DNA of 45,086 nucleotides from positions 1 through 45,086 of the forward strand of contig URQK01000002.1 of NCBI GenBank assembly GCA_900549975.1, in the 5' to 3' direction. Numbering within the stretch: the first letter of the stretch is position 1; every line of letters begins with the position of its first letter. The position numbers were made by a program, and so were the translations under genes. This DNA is from an uncultured Mollicutes bacterium. Its GTDB lineage: Bacteria > Bacillota_I > Bacilli_A > RFN20 > CAG-826. Shown here piece by piece: positions 26,524 through 34,771 of the stretch. The notes below the pieces were generated by a model that had not been told where the DNA came from, did not search any database, and saw nothing but the letters and a program-made list of their open reading frames with translations.

Positions 26524-27996
26524 ATGAAAAATATCGTTGAAAAACTTTTTCATGTGAATGAAAAAGGATCAAGTATTAAGACAGAAATAATTGGTGGATT
26601 AATTACTTTTATTGCAATGTGTTATATTTTGCCAGTAAATGCTGCAATTTTAGCCGATATGGGAATGAGCAAATTAGGAGTATTTGCTATGACCGCATTA
26701 GTTGGTGCTTTAGTAACATTTATTATGGGATTTGTTGCTAATTATCCGGTTGTTCTTAGTGCGGGTATGGGACTGAATGCTTATTTAGCTTATACTATCT
26801 GTGGAAGTGCAGGGTATTCTTGGCAACAAGGAATGATTTTATTAACAATATCTGGATTATTATTTTTAATATTATCTCTTACTCCAGTAAGAAAAATTAT
26901 TATTGAAGCAATACCACGAGATTTGCAACTTATTATTTCTAGTGCTTTAGGGGCTTTTATTTGCTTTGTAGGATTAAGAAATTCAGGTGTTATTGTTGAA
27001 GGATCAACGTTAGTACAATTAGGTGATTTTTTAAACCCATCAACGATAATTTCAATAATTGCTATTATCTTGTGTTTTGGTCTAATGTTTTCTAAGAATA
27101 AAGTTATTTCTACTTTGGCAATACCAATTAGTATTTTAGTTGCCGCTGTTGCGGGTGTAGTTACTTCAACTATCTTAATTAATAATGGATCTTTATCAGA
27201 AGTTAATGGAACTTGGATGTATAAATTAAATGAAAATATTTCTTATGTTAGTAAACTACCAATTGCTCCTTGGCTTGACGATAATGTTAGTTGGGGTATG
27301 AATGGTGCCAAAGATGTCTTATTTTTTGGTTTATTAAATGAAGGATATAGTACACAAGATTTTGGAAATGACTTATTAAAAGTAATCTCTACACCTACAT
27401 CATATATTGCGATTTTCTCATTGATATTTGTTAACTTATTTGATACAACTGCGACACTACTTGCTGTAGGAAGAAACACTGGTATTATTGATGAACAAGG
27501 AAAAATGCAAAATTATCAAAAAGCCGTTTTGGCGGATGCGGTAGGCGCTACAATATGTGGACCATTAGGAACATCAACTGTTACATCTTTTGCTGAAAGT
27601 AATGTTGGTGCAGAAATGGGTGCTAAAACTGGCTTAGCAGCAATAACTGCAGGATTAATGTTCTTACTATCAGCATTTATTTACCCTGTATTTTCAATAT
27701 TTACAGCTGGATCAGTTACCGCTCCGGCGCTAGTGTGCGTTGGTGCAATGATTTTCGTTGGTAATTTTAAAGACATTAACTTTAATGATCGTATTGTTGC
27801 TTTTACAGGATTCATTACAGTTATATTCTCACTCTTAACATATTCAATTGCTTCAGGCATTGGTATTGGATTAATTGCTTATTGTGTTATGATGCTTGTA
27901 GCAAAGCGTAGAAAAGAAGTATCTATTCCTATTTATATTGTTGCAATATTATTTGTAATTTCCTTTGCTTTATCAGCAATAATGACTATTTTATAG
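26524..27996 (+). CDS. NCS2/AzgA-family purine (adenine/guanine/hypoxanthine) permease
   Basis: Start moved to ATG 26524 (AAAGGAG). N-terminus LFHVNEKGSSIKTEIIGGLITFIAMCYILPVN is typical of PbuG/PbuO-type permeases; about 13 TM. Confidence 0.85.
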   Translation: MKNIVEKLFHVNEKGSSIKTEIIGGLITFIAMCYILPVNAAILADMGMSKLGVFAMTALVGALVTFIMGFVANYPVVLSAGMGLNAYLAYTICGSAGYSWQQGMILLTISGLLFLILSLTPVRKIIIEAIPRDLQLIISSALGAFICFVGLRNSGVIVEGSTLVQLGDFLNPSTIISIIAIILCFGLMFSKNKVISTLAIPISILVAAVAGVVTSTILINNGSLSEVNGTWMYKLNENISYVSKLPIAPWLDDNVSWGMNGAKDVLFFGLLNEGYSTQDFGNDLLKVISTPTSYIAIFSLIFVNLFDTTATLLAVGRNTGIIDEQGKMQNYQKAVLADAVGATICGPLGTSTVTSFAESNVGAEMGAKTGLAAITAGLMFLLSAFIYPVFSIFTAGSVTAPALVCVGAMIFVGNFKDINFNDRIVAFTGFITVIFSLLTYSIASGIGIGLIAYCVMMLVAKRRKEVSIPIYIVAILFVISFALSAIMTIL

Positions 27997-27997
27997 T

Positions 27998-28876
27998 ATG
28001 AACAGATATACAAAAACAATATTGTATTGCCTAGAAATTTTAATGTTGGTATTTATTTTTATCGGCAATAAATTATGGATGAATGGATGGTCAAACATTT
28101 TAAGAATAATTATTTATATAATAACTATTCTTTTAATGATTATAACTTTAGTTTTGCTAATACTAAAGAAAGAAGAACTATTTAAATTAGTATTTACTGG
28201 CACAATTATATTTTTCATTCTATTTTATGCCTTAGTAATAGTTAATAAAGTGTTTAATTTAGATGGAATAAGTAGTGATGAAGAAAAAGTAGAACATATC
28301 ATAAAACTTATTCAAAAGACAGGACCATATGGTAAAATTGTATTTGTTTTATTACAAATATTGCAAGTTGTAGTACTTCCTTTGCCAGCTTTATTATGTT
28401 ATGTATCCGGCGTCATGATTTATGGGCCCTTAGAGGCATTTATTTTGTCTTCCATAGGTGTATTTATTGGATCGATGTTTTGTTATGCTATTGGCCGATT
28501 TTGTGGGAGAAAAGTAGTACATTGGTTAGCTGGGGATAAAATAGATAAGTATTTAGATATTTTATCTACAAGAGGAAAAGGCCCATTTGTAATAATGCAG
28601 TTATTGCCATTCTTCCCTGATGATGTATTATGTATTTTAGCTGGTGTTACTAATATGAACTTTTGGTTTTATTTAATGACAATGCTAGTAATTAGACCAA
28701 TAGTTATAGCGGTTTATTGCTTTCTTGGAAGCGGATCAATCATTCCTTTTTCTGGATGGGGAATACCAGTTTGGATATTAATATTTATGATATTTATTAC
28801 TTTAGGAATATTAACCTACAAATATCAAGATAAAATTGATGAATGGTTTTTAAAACATAAGACAATAAAAAAATGA
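27998..28876 (+). CDS. TVP38/TMEM64 (DedA-superfamily) membrane protein
   Basis: LQVVVLPLPALL..GVMIYGPLEAFILSSIGVFIGSMFCYAIGRFCGRK matches the SNARE-associated/DedA core; ends in TGA. Confidence 0.75.
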   Translation: MNRYTKTILYCLEILMLVFIFIGNKLWMNGWSNILRIIIYIITILLMIITLVLLILKKEELFKLVFTGTIIFFILFYALVIVNKVFNLDGISSDEEKVEHIIKLIQKTGPYGKIVFVLLQILQVVVLPLPALLCYVSGVMIYGPLEAFILSSIGVFIGSMFCYAIGRFCGRKVVHWLAGDKIDKYLDILSTRGKGPFVIMQLLPFFPDDVLCILAGVTNMNFWFYLMTMLVIRPIVIAVYCFLGSGSIIPFSGWGIPVWILIFMIFITLGILTYKYQDKIDEWFLKHKTIKK

Positions 28877-28904
28877 TAGCGATTTGCTACCATTTTTTAT
28901 TAAA

Positions 28905-30116
28905 TTATTTAACTAATTCTAATAATATCTTTACCATTTTTTCCATTTGAGTTAAAGATACATACTCAAATTTACCATGATAATTATATCCGCCGGTACC
29001 TAAATTTGGTGTAGGAAGTCCTTTAACGGTTAATGTTGCGCCATCTGTTCCACCGCGAATTGGAGAGAATTTAAACGGAATGTTTAGTTTATTATAAGTT
29101 TCAACAACGCGGTTAAGTGAACGAGGATCTTTTTCAATATATGGGCGCATATTTTGATAACTGTCAGTTATAGATAAAGTAACAATTTCATATTCGTATT
29201 TATGATTTAAAATATCTCTGGCAATTTCAAAGTCTTTCTTTTGCTTTTCAAATAATTCTTTTGAGTGGTTGCGAATTATGTATTGCATTGAAGTGTGTTC
29301 GCAATCGCCTTTTATATTATGCAAATGATTGAAACCTTGATAGCCTTCTGTTTTGCTTGGAATCATATCTCTAGGTAATAAATCATTAAATTCTTCCGCG
29401 ACTAAAATAGAATTAATCATTTTTCCTTTAGCAGAACCTGGGTGAATGCTTTTACCATGTATTTCAACATCAGCAGAAGCTGCATTGAAGTTTTCGTATT
29501 CAATTAAATCAATTTCTCCACCATCGATTGTATAAGCGTAATCAGCATCAAATTCAGTTATATCAAAATTGTCTGTACCACGTCCAATTTCTTCATCTGG
29601 GGTGAAAGCAATGCTAATTTGCCCATGTTTTATGTTAGGATGTTTAACTAATTCTTCGACTAAAGACATGATAATTGCAATACCTGCTTTATCGTCTGCA
29701 CCTAAAAGAGAAGTACCATCAGTAACAATTAAAGTTTCACCAACATTTCTTAAAAGAGAAGGGAATGTTTTGGTGTCTAAAATGATATTTAAATCTTTGT
29801 TTAAAACAATATCACTACCATCATAATTGGTAATTATTCTTGGTTTTACATTAGCGCCATTAAAATCTGGAGATGTATCCATATGACTTATAAAGCCAAT
29901 TTTATCTTTAACTTCTTCGCAATTTGCCTCAATCTTAGCATATACAATGCCGTATTTGTTTAAATACGCATTAGTAATTCCTAAACTTTGTAAATCATTA
30001 ACAAGCTTACGAGCAAGATTTAATTGTTTGCTTGTTGATGGATAAGTGTTTGATGATTCATCACTCTGTGTATCAATATCCACATAACTTAAGAAACGTT
30101 CTTTAATGTTATTCAT
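28905..30116 (-). CDS. pepT: peptidase T (tripeptide aminopeptidase, M20B)
   Basis: Start moved to ATG at 30116 (MNNIKERFLSYVDIDTQSDE). Metal-binding motifs SHMDT, GADDKAG, PDEEIG. The only gene on the - strand. Confidence 0.93.
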   Translation of the reverse strand: MNNIKERFLSYVDIDTQSDESSNTYPSTSKQLNLARKLVNDLQSLGITNAYLNKYGIVYAKIEANCEEVKDKIGFISHMDTSPDFNGANVKPRIITNYDGSDIVLNKDLNIILDTKTFPSLLRNVGETLIVTDGTSLLGADDKAGIAIIMSLVEELVKHPNIKHGQISIAFTPDEEIGRGTDNFDITEFDADYAYTIDGGEIDLIEYENFNAASADVEIHGKSIHPGSAKGKMINSILVAEEFNDLLPRDMIPSKTEGYQGFNHLHNIKGDCEHTSMQYIIRNHSKELFEKQKKDFEIARDILNHKYEYEIVTLSITDSYQNMRPYIEKDPRSLNRVVETYNKLNIPFKFSPIRGGTDGATLTVKGLPTPNLGTGGYNYHGKFEYVSLTQMEKMVKILLELVK

Positions 30117-30223
30117 AATATCAATCCCTTCAAATACAACAACTATCATACACTAATTTTTTAATAAGTCCACAAATCTGATAAAATATGTTTACGAAAG
30201 TGCCTAAATTAATAAAATTTATC

Positions 30224-30252
30224 TTGAATTTATATATGTTATTTGTTAAAAT
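30224..30252 (+). promoter_or_regulatory. candidate rplS promoter
   Basis: TTGAAT (30224-30229), 17-nt spacer, TAAAAT (30247-30252). Confidence 0.5.
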
Positions 30253-30258
30253 AACAAA

Positions 30259-30343
30259 GCGTTTGAAAAAACGCCGCAGATGTTCCGCTGGAGGTCACTT
30301 ACTCGAATGAACATTGAAGATAACGAAAAGGAGCGTGTTTATT
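30259..30343 (+). promoter_or_regulatory. structured 5' UTR of rplS (possible L19 ribosomal-protein leader)
   Basis: GCGTTT-GAAA-AAACGC hairpin (30259-30274). ATGTTC (30281-30286) pairs with GAACAT (30309-30314). Locally GC-richer than its surroundings. Confidence 0.35.
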
Positions 30344-30691
30344 GTGAACAATAATTTAGTAAAAGAAATCGAAAAATCACAATTAAAAACTGATATCCCA
30401 TCATTCTCTTCTGGTGATACAGTTAATGTTTATGTCCGTATTATTGAAAACGGAAAAGAGAGATTACAATTATTCCAAGGCGTTGTCATGGCTCGTGTTG
30501 GCGGTGGCGTTGGCGAAACATTTATCGTAAGAAAAATTAGTAATGGTGTCGGTGTTGAAAGAACATTCCCATTACACTCACCTTCAATTAGCAAGATTGA
30601 AGTTGTTAAAAAAGGTAAAGTTCGTCGTAACAAAATCTTCTATTTACGTGAACGTTCTGGAAAAGCAGCTCGTATTAAGACTGTTCTTTAA
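30344..30691 (+). CDS. rplS: 50S ribosomal protein L19
   Basis: Start set at GTG 30344 (GGAG 30330-30333). [47 protein letters not shown] is typical L19. Confidence 0.93.
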   Translation: MNNNLVKEIEKSQLKTDIPSFSSGDTVNVYVRIIENGKERLQLFQGVVMARVGGGVGETFIVRKISNGVGVERTFPLHSPSISKIEVVKKGKVRRNKIFYLRERSGKAARIKTVL

Positions 30692-30730
30692 TTTTTAAGA
30701 ATTAATTACAAATAATTTAATAAGTGACTG

Positions 30731-30760
30731 AAAGGCTTCTCTTTATTGAGGGCCTTTTTT
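30731..30760 (+). terminator. intrinsic terminator after rplS
   Basis: AAAGGC (30731-30736) pairs with GCCTTT (30752-30757), with an inner CTC/GAG pairing and a T-run. Confidence 0.65.
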
Positions 30761-30825
30761 GTTGCTATAAAAATTGCATTTAATTATAAGTTAATTTATA
30801 ATTAAAAAAGCAAGGAGTTAGCGCT

Positions 30826-31419
30826 ATGGAAAAGAAAACAAAGAAGGCAAAAATAATTGATATTTTATTTATCATAGTTGTTGTAATGTGTTTTTGTGTG
30901 ACTTCTCTTTTGCTATATCGTAATATTTGTTATGACAAAGTAATTGTATCTGGTAAATCAATGGAACCAACTCTTCTTAATGGGGATTATGGGCTAATGA
31001 AGACTACAAGTGGAGCTAAAAAAAGCATAAAGCGTTTTGATATTGTTATTTTCAAAGTTGATGAAACCGATACTTCAGAAGGTCATGATATTATTAAAAG
31101 AATAATTGGAATGCCAGGAGAAACTATTCGAATTAATACTGATGGAGAAATATTTATTGATAATGAAAAATTAGAACAATCATTTATTAGTGATAGTGCT
31201 AAAAAAGCCACATATCGAAGTGGTTCAGTTGCAGCAAATAAAGACTATGAAATACCAAGTGATTCATATTTTGCTTTAGGTGATAATCGTGCTGCATCAT
31301 CTGATTCAAGAAGTCGCGGAGCTATATCAAAAGATAACATTGATGGAGTATTAAAAATTATTTATAAACATTGTGATAATGATGGTGCTTGTAAAAGTAT
31401 TTCAACAAGATGGTATTAA
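30826..31419 (+). CDS. lepB: signal peptidase I
   Basis: N-terminal TM; catalytic Ser box SGKSMEPTL; Lys box KRIIGMPGE; GDNRAASSDSR box. Confidence 0.92.
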   Translation: MEKKTKKAKIIDILFIIVVVMCFCVTSLLLYRNICYDKVIVSGKSMEPTLLNGDYGLMKTTSGAKKSIKRFDIVIFKVDETDTSEGHDIIKRIIGMPGETIRINTDGEIFIDNEKLEQSFISDSAKKATYRSGSVAANKDYEIPSDSYFALGDNRAASSDSRSRGAISKDNIDGVLKIIYKHCDNDGACKSISTRWY

Positions 31420-31472
31420 AAAAAGAAAGGAAAAACGATAAAATTAATGATTTTAAGTTTTAGGAATTAAAA

Positions 31473-32204
31473 ATGATACAAGTAAAAATGACAAAAAATT
31501 TTGTAGGATTTGAAATTATTGGATCGTATGAAGATTTTAATGAACTTTATGATAATATTATGCTTGCTATAGGCCCTGAGTGCGAACATGAAAATATCGA
31601 ATATGCGCGCTTGCATGTTTTATCTTTTCTATATGATTTAAGACATGCTTATAAGGGACATAGAAACATAATAGTGGCGGACACTTCATTAGATAAAGAA
31701 ACAAAAAAAATTAGACAAATAAAAGAAAAAGTTGATTATGAAGTATTGTATAGCTTTTACTATTTGGTTCCTGATGCTTTAATGGATATTCTTATTATTA
31801 AATATTTCCTATCTATAAATAGAGAAGGAATTATTGATGAATTTGATCAATGCCGCAACACTATTCGTTTGTTTCAAAGTAAACTAGTTAACGCTTTAAA
31901 TGCAATGCTTACTAAAGAACAAATGATAAAAGTTGAGCAAGAGTTATATGATTCAATGATTTTAATAGAGGACTTTATTCTTCAATGGATTGATTTGCTT
32001 AATAAAGAGTATATTTATGCTACTAAAATAAAAAGAAAAAATATGTTTATGGATATTTTAGATAAAGTATGTAATTATTTTAATTATCCGGAATTTGCCA
32101 GTTTTAAATTGGAAATTGAATCTCTTGCAAGAGAACATAATATTCCTATTAATGAGGTAAGAGGCCCGTTTAACGAGTATGATTTTGATGATATTAAATG
32201 GTAA
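31473..32204 (+). CDS. hypothetical cytoplasmic protein (243 aa), no recognisable motifs
   Basis: Long open frame with normal codon usage. No TM or signal sequence; helical, acidic. Start could also be the ATG at 31488. Confidence 0.7.
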   Translation: MIQVKMTKNFVGFEIIGSYEDFNELYDNIMLAIGPECEHENIEYARLHVLSFLYDLRHAYKGHRNIIVADTSLDKETKKIRQIKEKVDYEVLYSFYYLVPDALMDILIIKYFLSINREGIIDEFDQCRNTIRLFQSKLVNALNAMLTKEQMIKVEQELYDSMILIEDFILQWIDLLNKEYIYATKIKRKNMFMDILDKVCNYFNYPEFASFKLEIESLAREHNIPINEVRGPFNEYDFDDIKW

Positions 32205-32269
32205 TTATTAACTAATAGGGAAGAAAAAATATAGTAAAATAATTTTAAAATAGAAAGAAGGGAGAAATA

Positions 32270-33130
32270 ATGACAACTGAAAATAAAACAAACATTAACT
32301 GGTTTCCTGGTCATATGCAAAAAGCGACCAGAGAAATTGAAAATAGAATAAAAATTGTTGATGTAATTATTGAATTACTTGATGCACGCGCTCCTCTTTC
32401 GAGCAGAAATAATGCTTTATTTCAGATTACTAAAGATAAAAAAAGATTATTAATTTTAACAAAAGCTGATTTAGCAGATGAAAAAATTACCAATAAATGG
32501 GTGGATTATTTTTCCTCTTTAGGGTATTTAGTAATGTGTGCGAATCTAAATGAAGCTAAATTAGTGGATAAATTGACTGCTAAAATTAATATTTTAGGAC
32601 AAGAAAAACACGAAAAAGAAAAAAGAAAAGGAATGAAACCACAGCCAATCAGAACAATGATTATCGGTATTCCTAATGTTGGAAAATCAACGTTGATTAA
32701 TCGTATTGCTAAACGCAATGCGGCATCTGTACAAAATACGCCAGGACATACCAAGTCTCAACAATGGATTAAAGTTGGGAATTCTTTTGATTTATTAGAT
32801 ACTCCTGGTATTTTACAAGCAAATTATGAAGATAAGAATTACGCTATCAACTTAGCACTTATTGGATCAATTAAAGAAGCAATATTACCTATTGATGATT
32901 TGGGTGATATCTTGCTTGATTATTTAAAAAAATACTATGTAGATGACGTAAAAACTCGTTTTAAGATAGAGTTCGACATCAATGAAGCTAATTATAGTAT
33001 TTTTACTAAAATTGCTTTAAAGCGTGGTTTACTTCAAAAAGGAGAACCAGATGCTAGTAAAGCTAAAGCAGTGTTTTTAAAAGAATTTAAAGAAGGTTTG
33101 ATTGGTAGAATCTCTTTGGAGCGTATTTAG
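32270..33130 (+). CDS. rbgA: ribosome biogenesis GTPase A (YlqF)
   Basis: Circularly permuted GTPase order: INWFPGHMQKA, DARAP, G4 LTKADL before G1 GIPNVGKST and G3 DTPG. Confidence 0.93.
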   Translation: MTTENKTNINWFPGHMQKATREIENRIKIVDVIIELLDARAPLSSRNNALFQITKDKKRLLILTKADLADEKITNKWVDYFSSLGYLVMCANLNEAKLVDKLTAKINILGQEKHEKEKRKGMKPQPIRTMIIGIPNVGKSTLINRIAKRNAASVQNTPGHTKSQQWIKVGNSFDLLDTPGILQANYEDKNYAINLALIGSIKEAILPIDDLGDILLDYLKKYYVDDVKTRFKIEFDINEANYSIFTKIALKRGLLQKGEPDASKAKAVFLKEFKEGLIGRISLERI

Positions 33131-33751
33131 ATGTTACATTATGAAAAAGACTATTATACAAATGAAGTAGAATTTATTGCTGGATGTGATGAAGCAGGGC
33201 GTGGTCCACTAGCGGGACCAGTTGTTTGCGCGGCAGTAATTATGCCTAAAGATTTTCAAAATGAAGTGGTTAATGATTCTAAACAATTAACAGACAAAAA
33301 ACGAAGAGAACTTTTTGAGATTATAAAAAAAGAAGCTATTGCTTATGCAGTTGTAGAAATATCCGCGGATAAAATCGATGAAATTAATATTTATGAAGCT
33401 TCAAGACTAGGTATGGAATTAGCGTTAAGAAACTTAAAACGCCGCTATGACATGGTTTTGACAGACTGCATGCCTTTACTTCATGAAACAGTACCAGTAG
33501 AAGCTATTGTTAAAGGTGACGCTAAATCATTTAATATTGCTTGTGCTTCAATACTTGCGAAAGTTACTCGTGATAACATTATGATTGAATTAGATAAAAA
33601 ATATCCAGAATATCAATTTGCTAAGCACAAAGGATATGGAACAAAAGTTCATTTAGAAGCTTTAGAAAAATATGGGGCTATTGAACATATTCATCGTAAA
33701 ACTTATGGTCCAGTTAAAAATTCAAAAATAAAACAATTGACGCTTTTTTAA
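33131..33751 (+). CDS. rnhB: ribonuclease HII
   Basis: GCDEAGRGPLAGPVV active-site motif; ATG directly abuts the rbgA stop. Confidence 0.93.
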   Translation: MLHYEKDYYTNEVEFIAGCDEAGRGPLAGPVVCAAVIMPKDFQNEVVNDSKQLTDKKRRELFEIIKKEAIAYAVVEISADKIDEINIYEASRLGMELALRNLKRRYDMVLTDCMPLLHETVPVEAIVKGDAKSFNIACASILAKVTRDNIMIELDKKYPEYQFAKHKGYGTKVHLEALEKYGAIEHIHRKTYGPVKNSKIKQLTLF

Positions 33752-33756
33752 ATTTA

Positions 33757-33790
33757 ATCACCTATAAATATAATGGTAGGTGATTTTTTT
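33757..33790 (+). terminator. intrinsic terminator after rnhB, overlapping the dprA translation start
   Basis: ATCACCTA (33757-33764) pairs with TAGGTGAT (33777-33784); 12-nt loop; T7 (33784-33790). Confidence 0.8.
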
Positions 33791-34559
33791 GTTAACAGGA
33801 CAAGATATATTATTATATTTCGCTTTGAAACATTTAGGAGACTGGGATAAAATCTATACTTCTATAAAAAATAAAGATAGATTTGATGATGAAGAATTTA
33901 TAAGTTTGAAAACGAAATTAAAAAGTTTTTATGTAACTATTATTGATGATAGTTATCCTGAGTATTTAAGACATTCTTTTAAGCCACCATTTGTTATTTT
34001 CTATTATGGCGATTTAGATTTATTAATGCTTAATAATCGAATAACGGTGGTTGGATCAAGAGATTGTTCTTCTTATGGAGAACAAGCCACTCAAATTATT
34101 GTTAGTGAATTAGCTAAAGAAAATTATGTAATTGTATCTGGTTTGGCAAGAGGAATAGACACTATTGCACATAAAGCGGCGATTGATGCAATGGGTAAAA
34201 CAATTGCTGTTTTAGGATCAGGTATTGATTATTGCTATCCGAAGCAAAATAAAGCGTTATATGATAAAATTAAAAATGAACATTTGCTTATTAGTGAATA
34301 TCCTTTTGATGAATGTGCTAGTAAAGATAATTTTCCAAAGCGCAATCGTTTACTAGCGGCGATTGGCAATGCTGTTTTGGTTCCGGAATTTAAAATGCCA
34401 TCAGGTACTAGCATTACTATTTCTTGTGCTTTAAATTTAGGAAAAGATATTTATTGTGTTCCTTTTCCTATTAATAAAGAAAATAGTAACAATAAGTTAA
34501 TTAAAGAAGGAGCAATACTTGTAACTTCGGCATTTGACATCATGGAAGATAAGAAATAA
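33789..34559 (+). CDS. dprA: DNA-processing protein DprA (short form); start codon uncertain (TTG 33789 or GTG 33780)
   Basis: DprA core motifs VVGSRDCSSYG, GLARGIDTIAHKAA, FPKRNRL. There is no in-frame ATG before codon 83. Confidence 0.85.
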   Translation: MLTGQDILLYFALKHLGDWDKIYTSIKNKDRFDDEEFISLKTKLKSFYVTIIDDSYPEYLRHSFKPPFVIFYYGDLDLLMLNNRITVVGSRDCSSYGEQATQIIVSELAKENYVIVSGLARGIDTIAHKAAIDAMGKTIAVLGSGIDYCYPKQNKALYDKIKNEHLLISEYPFDECASKDNFPKRNRLLAAIGNAVLVPEFKMPSGTSITISCALNLGKDIYCVPFPINKENSNNKLIKEGAILVTSAFDIMEDKK

Positions 34560-34771
34560 TAATTGTTTCATAAGCATGCAGTTATAAATAGCGATTATGT
34601 TGCTATAATATAAGTGCTTTAAGATTATTAAAATAAAATTTATTAAAAAAACAAATTTTTCTCATTACTCTAGTAATGAGTATAAAAATCATTATATATA
34701 AAGGAAAAATAATGTTTGACAAATGTAAAAAAAAGATTAAATATTTAATAGTCTTATAAGGAGGGACTAGT

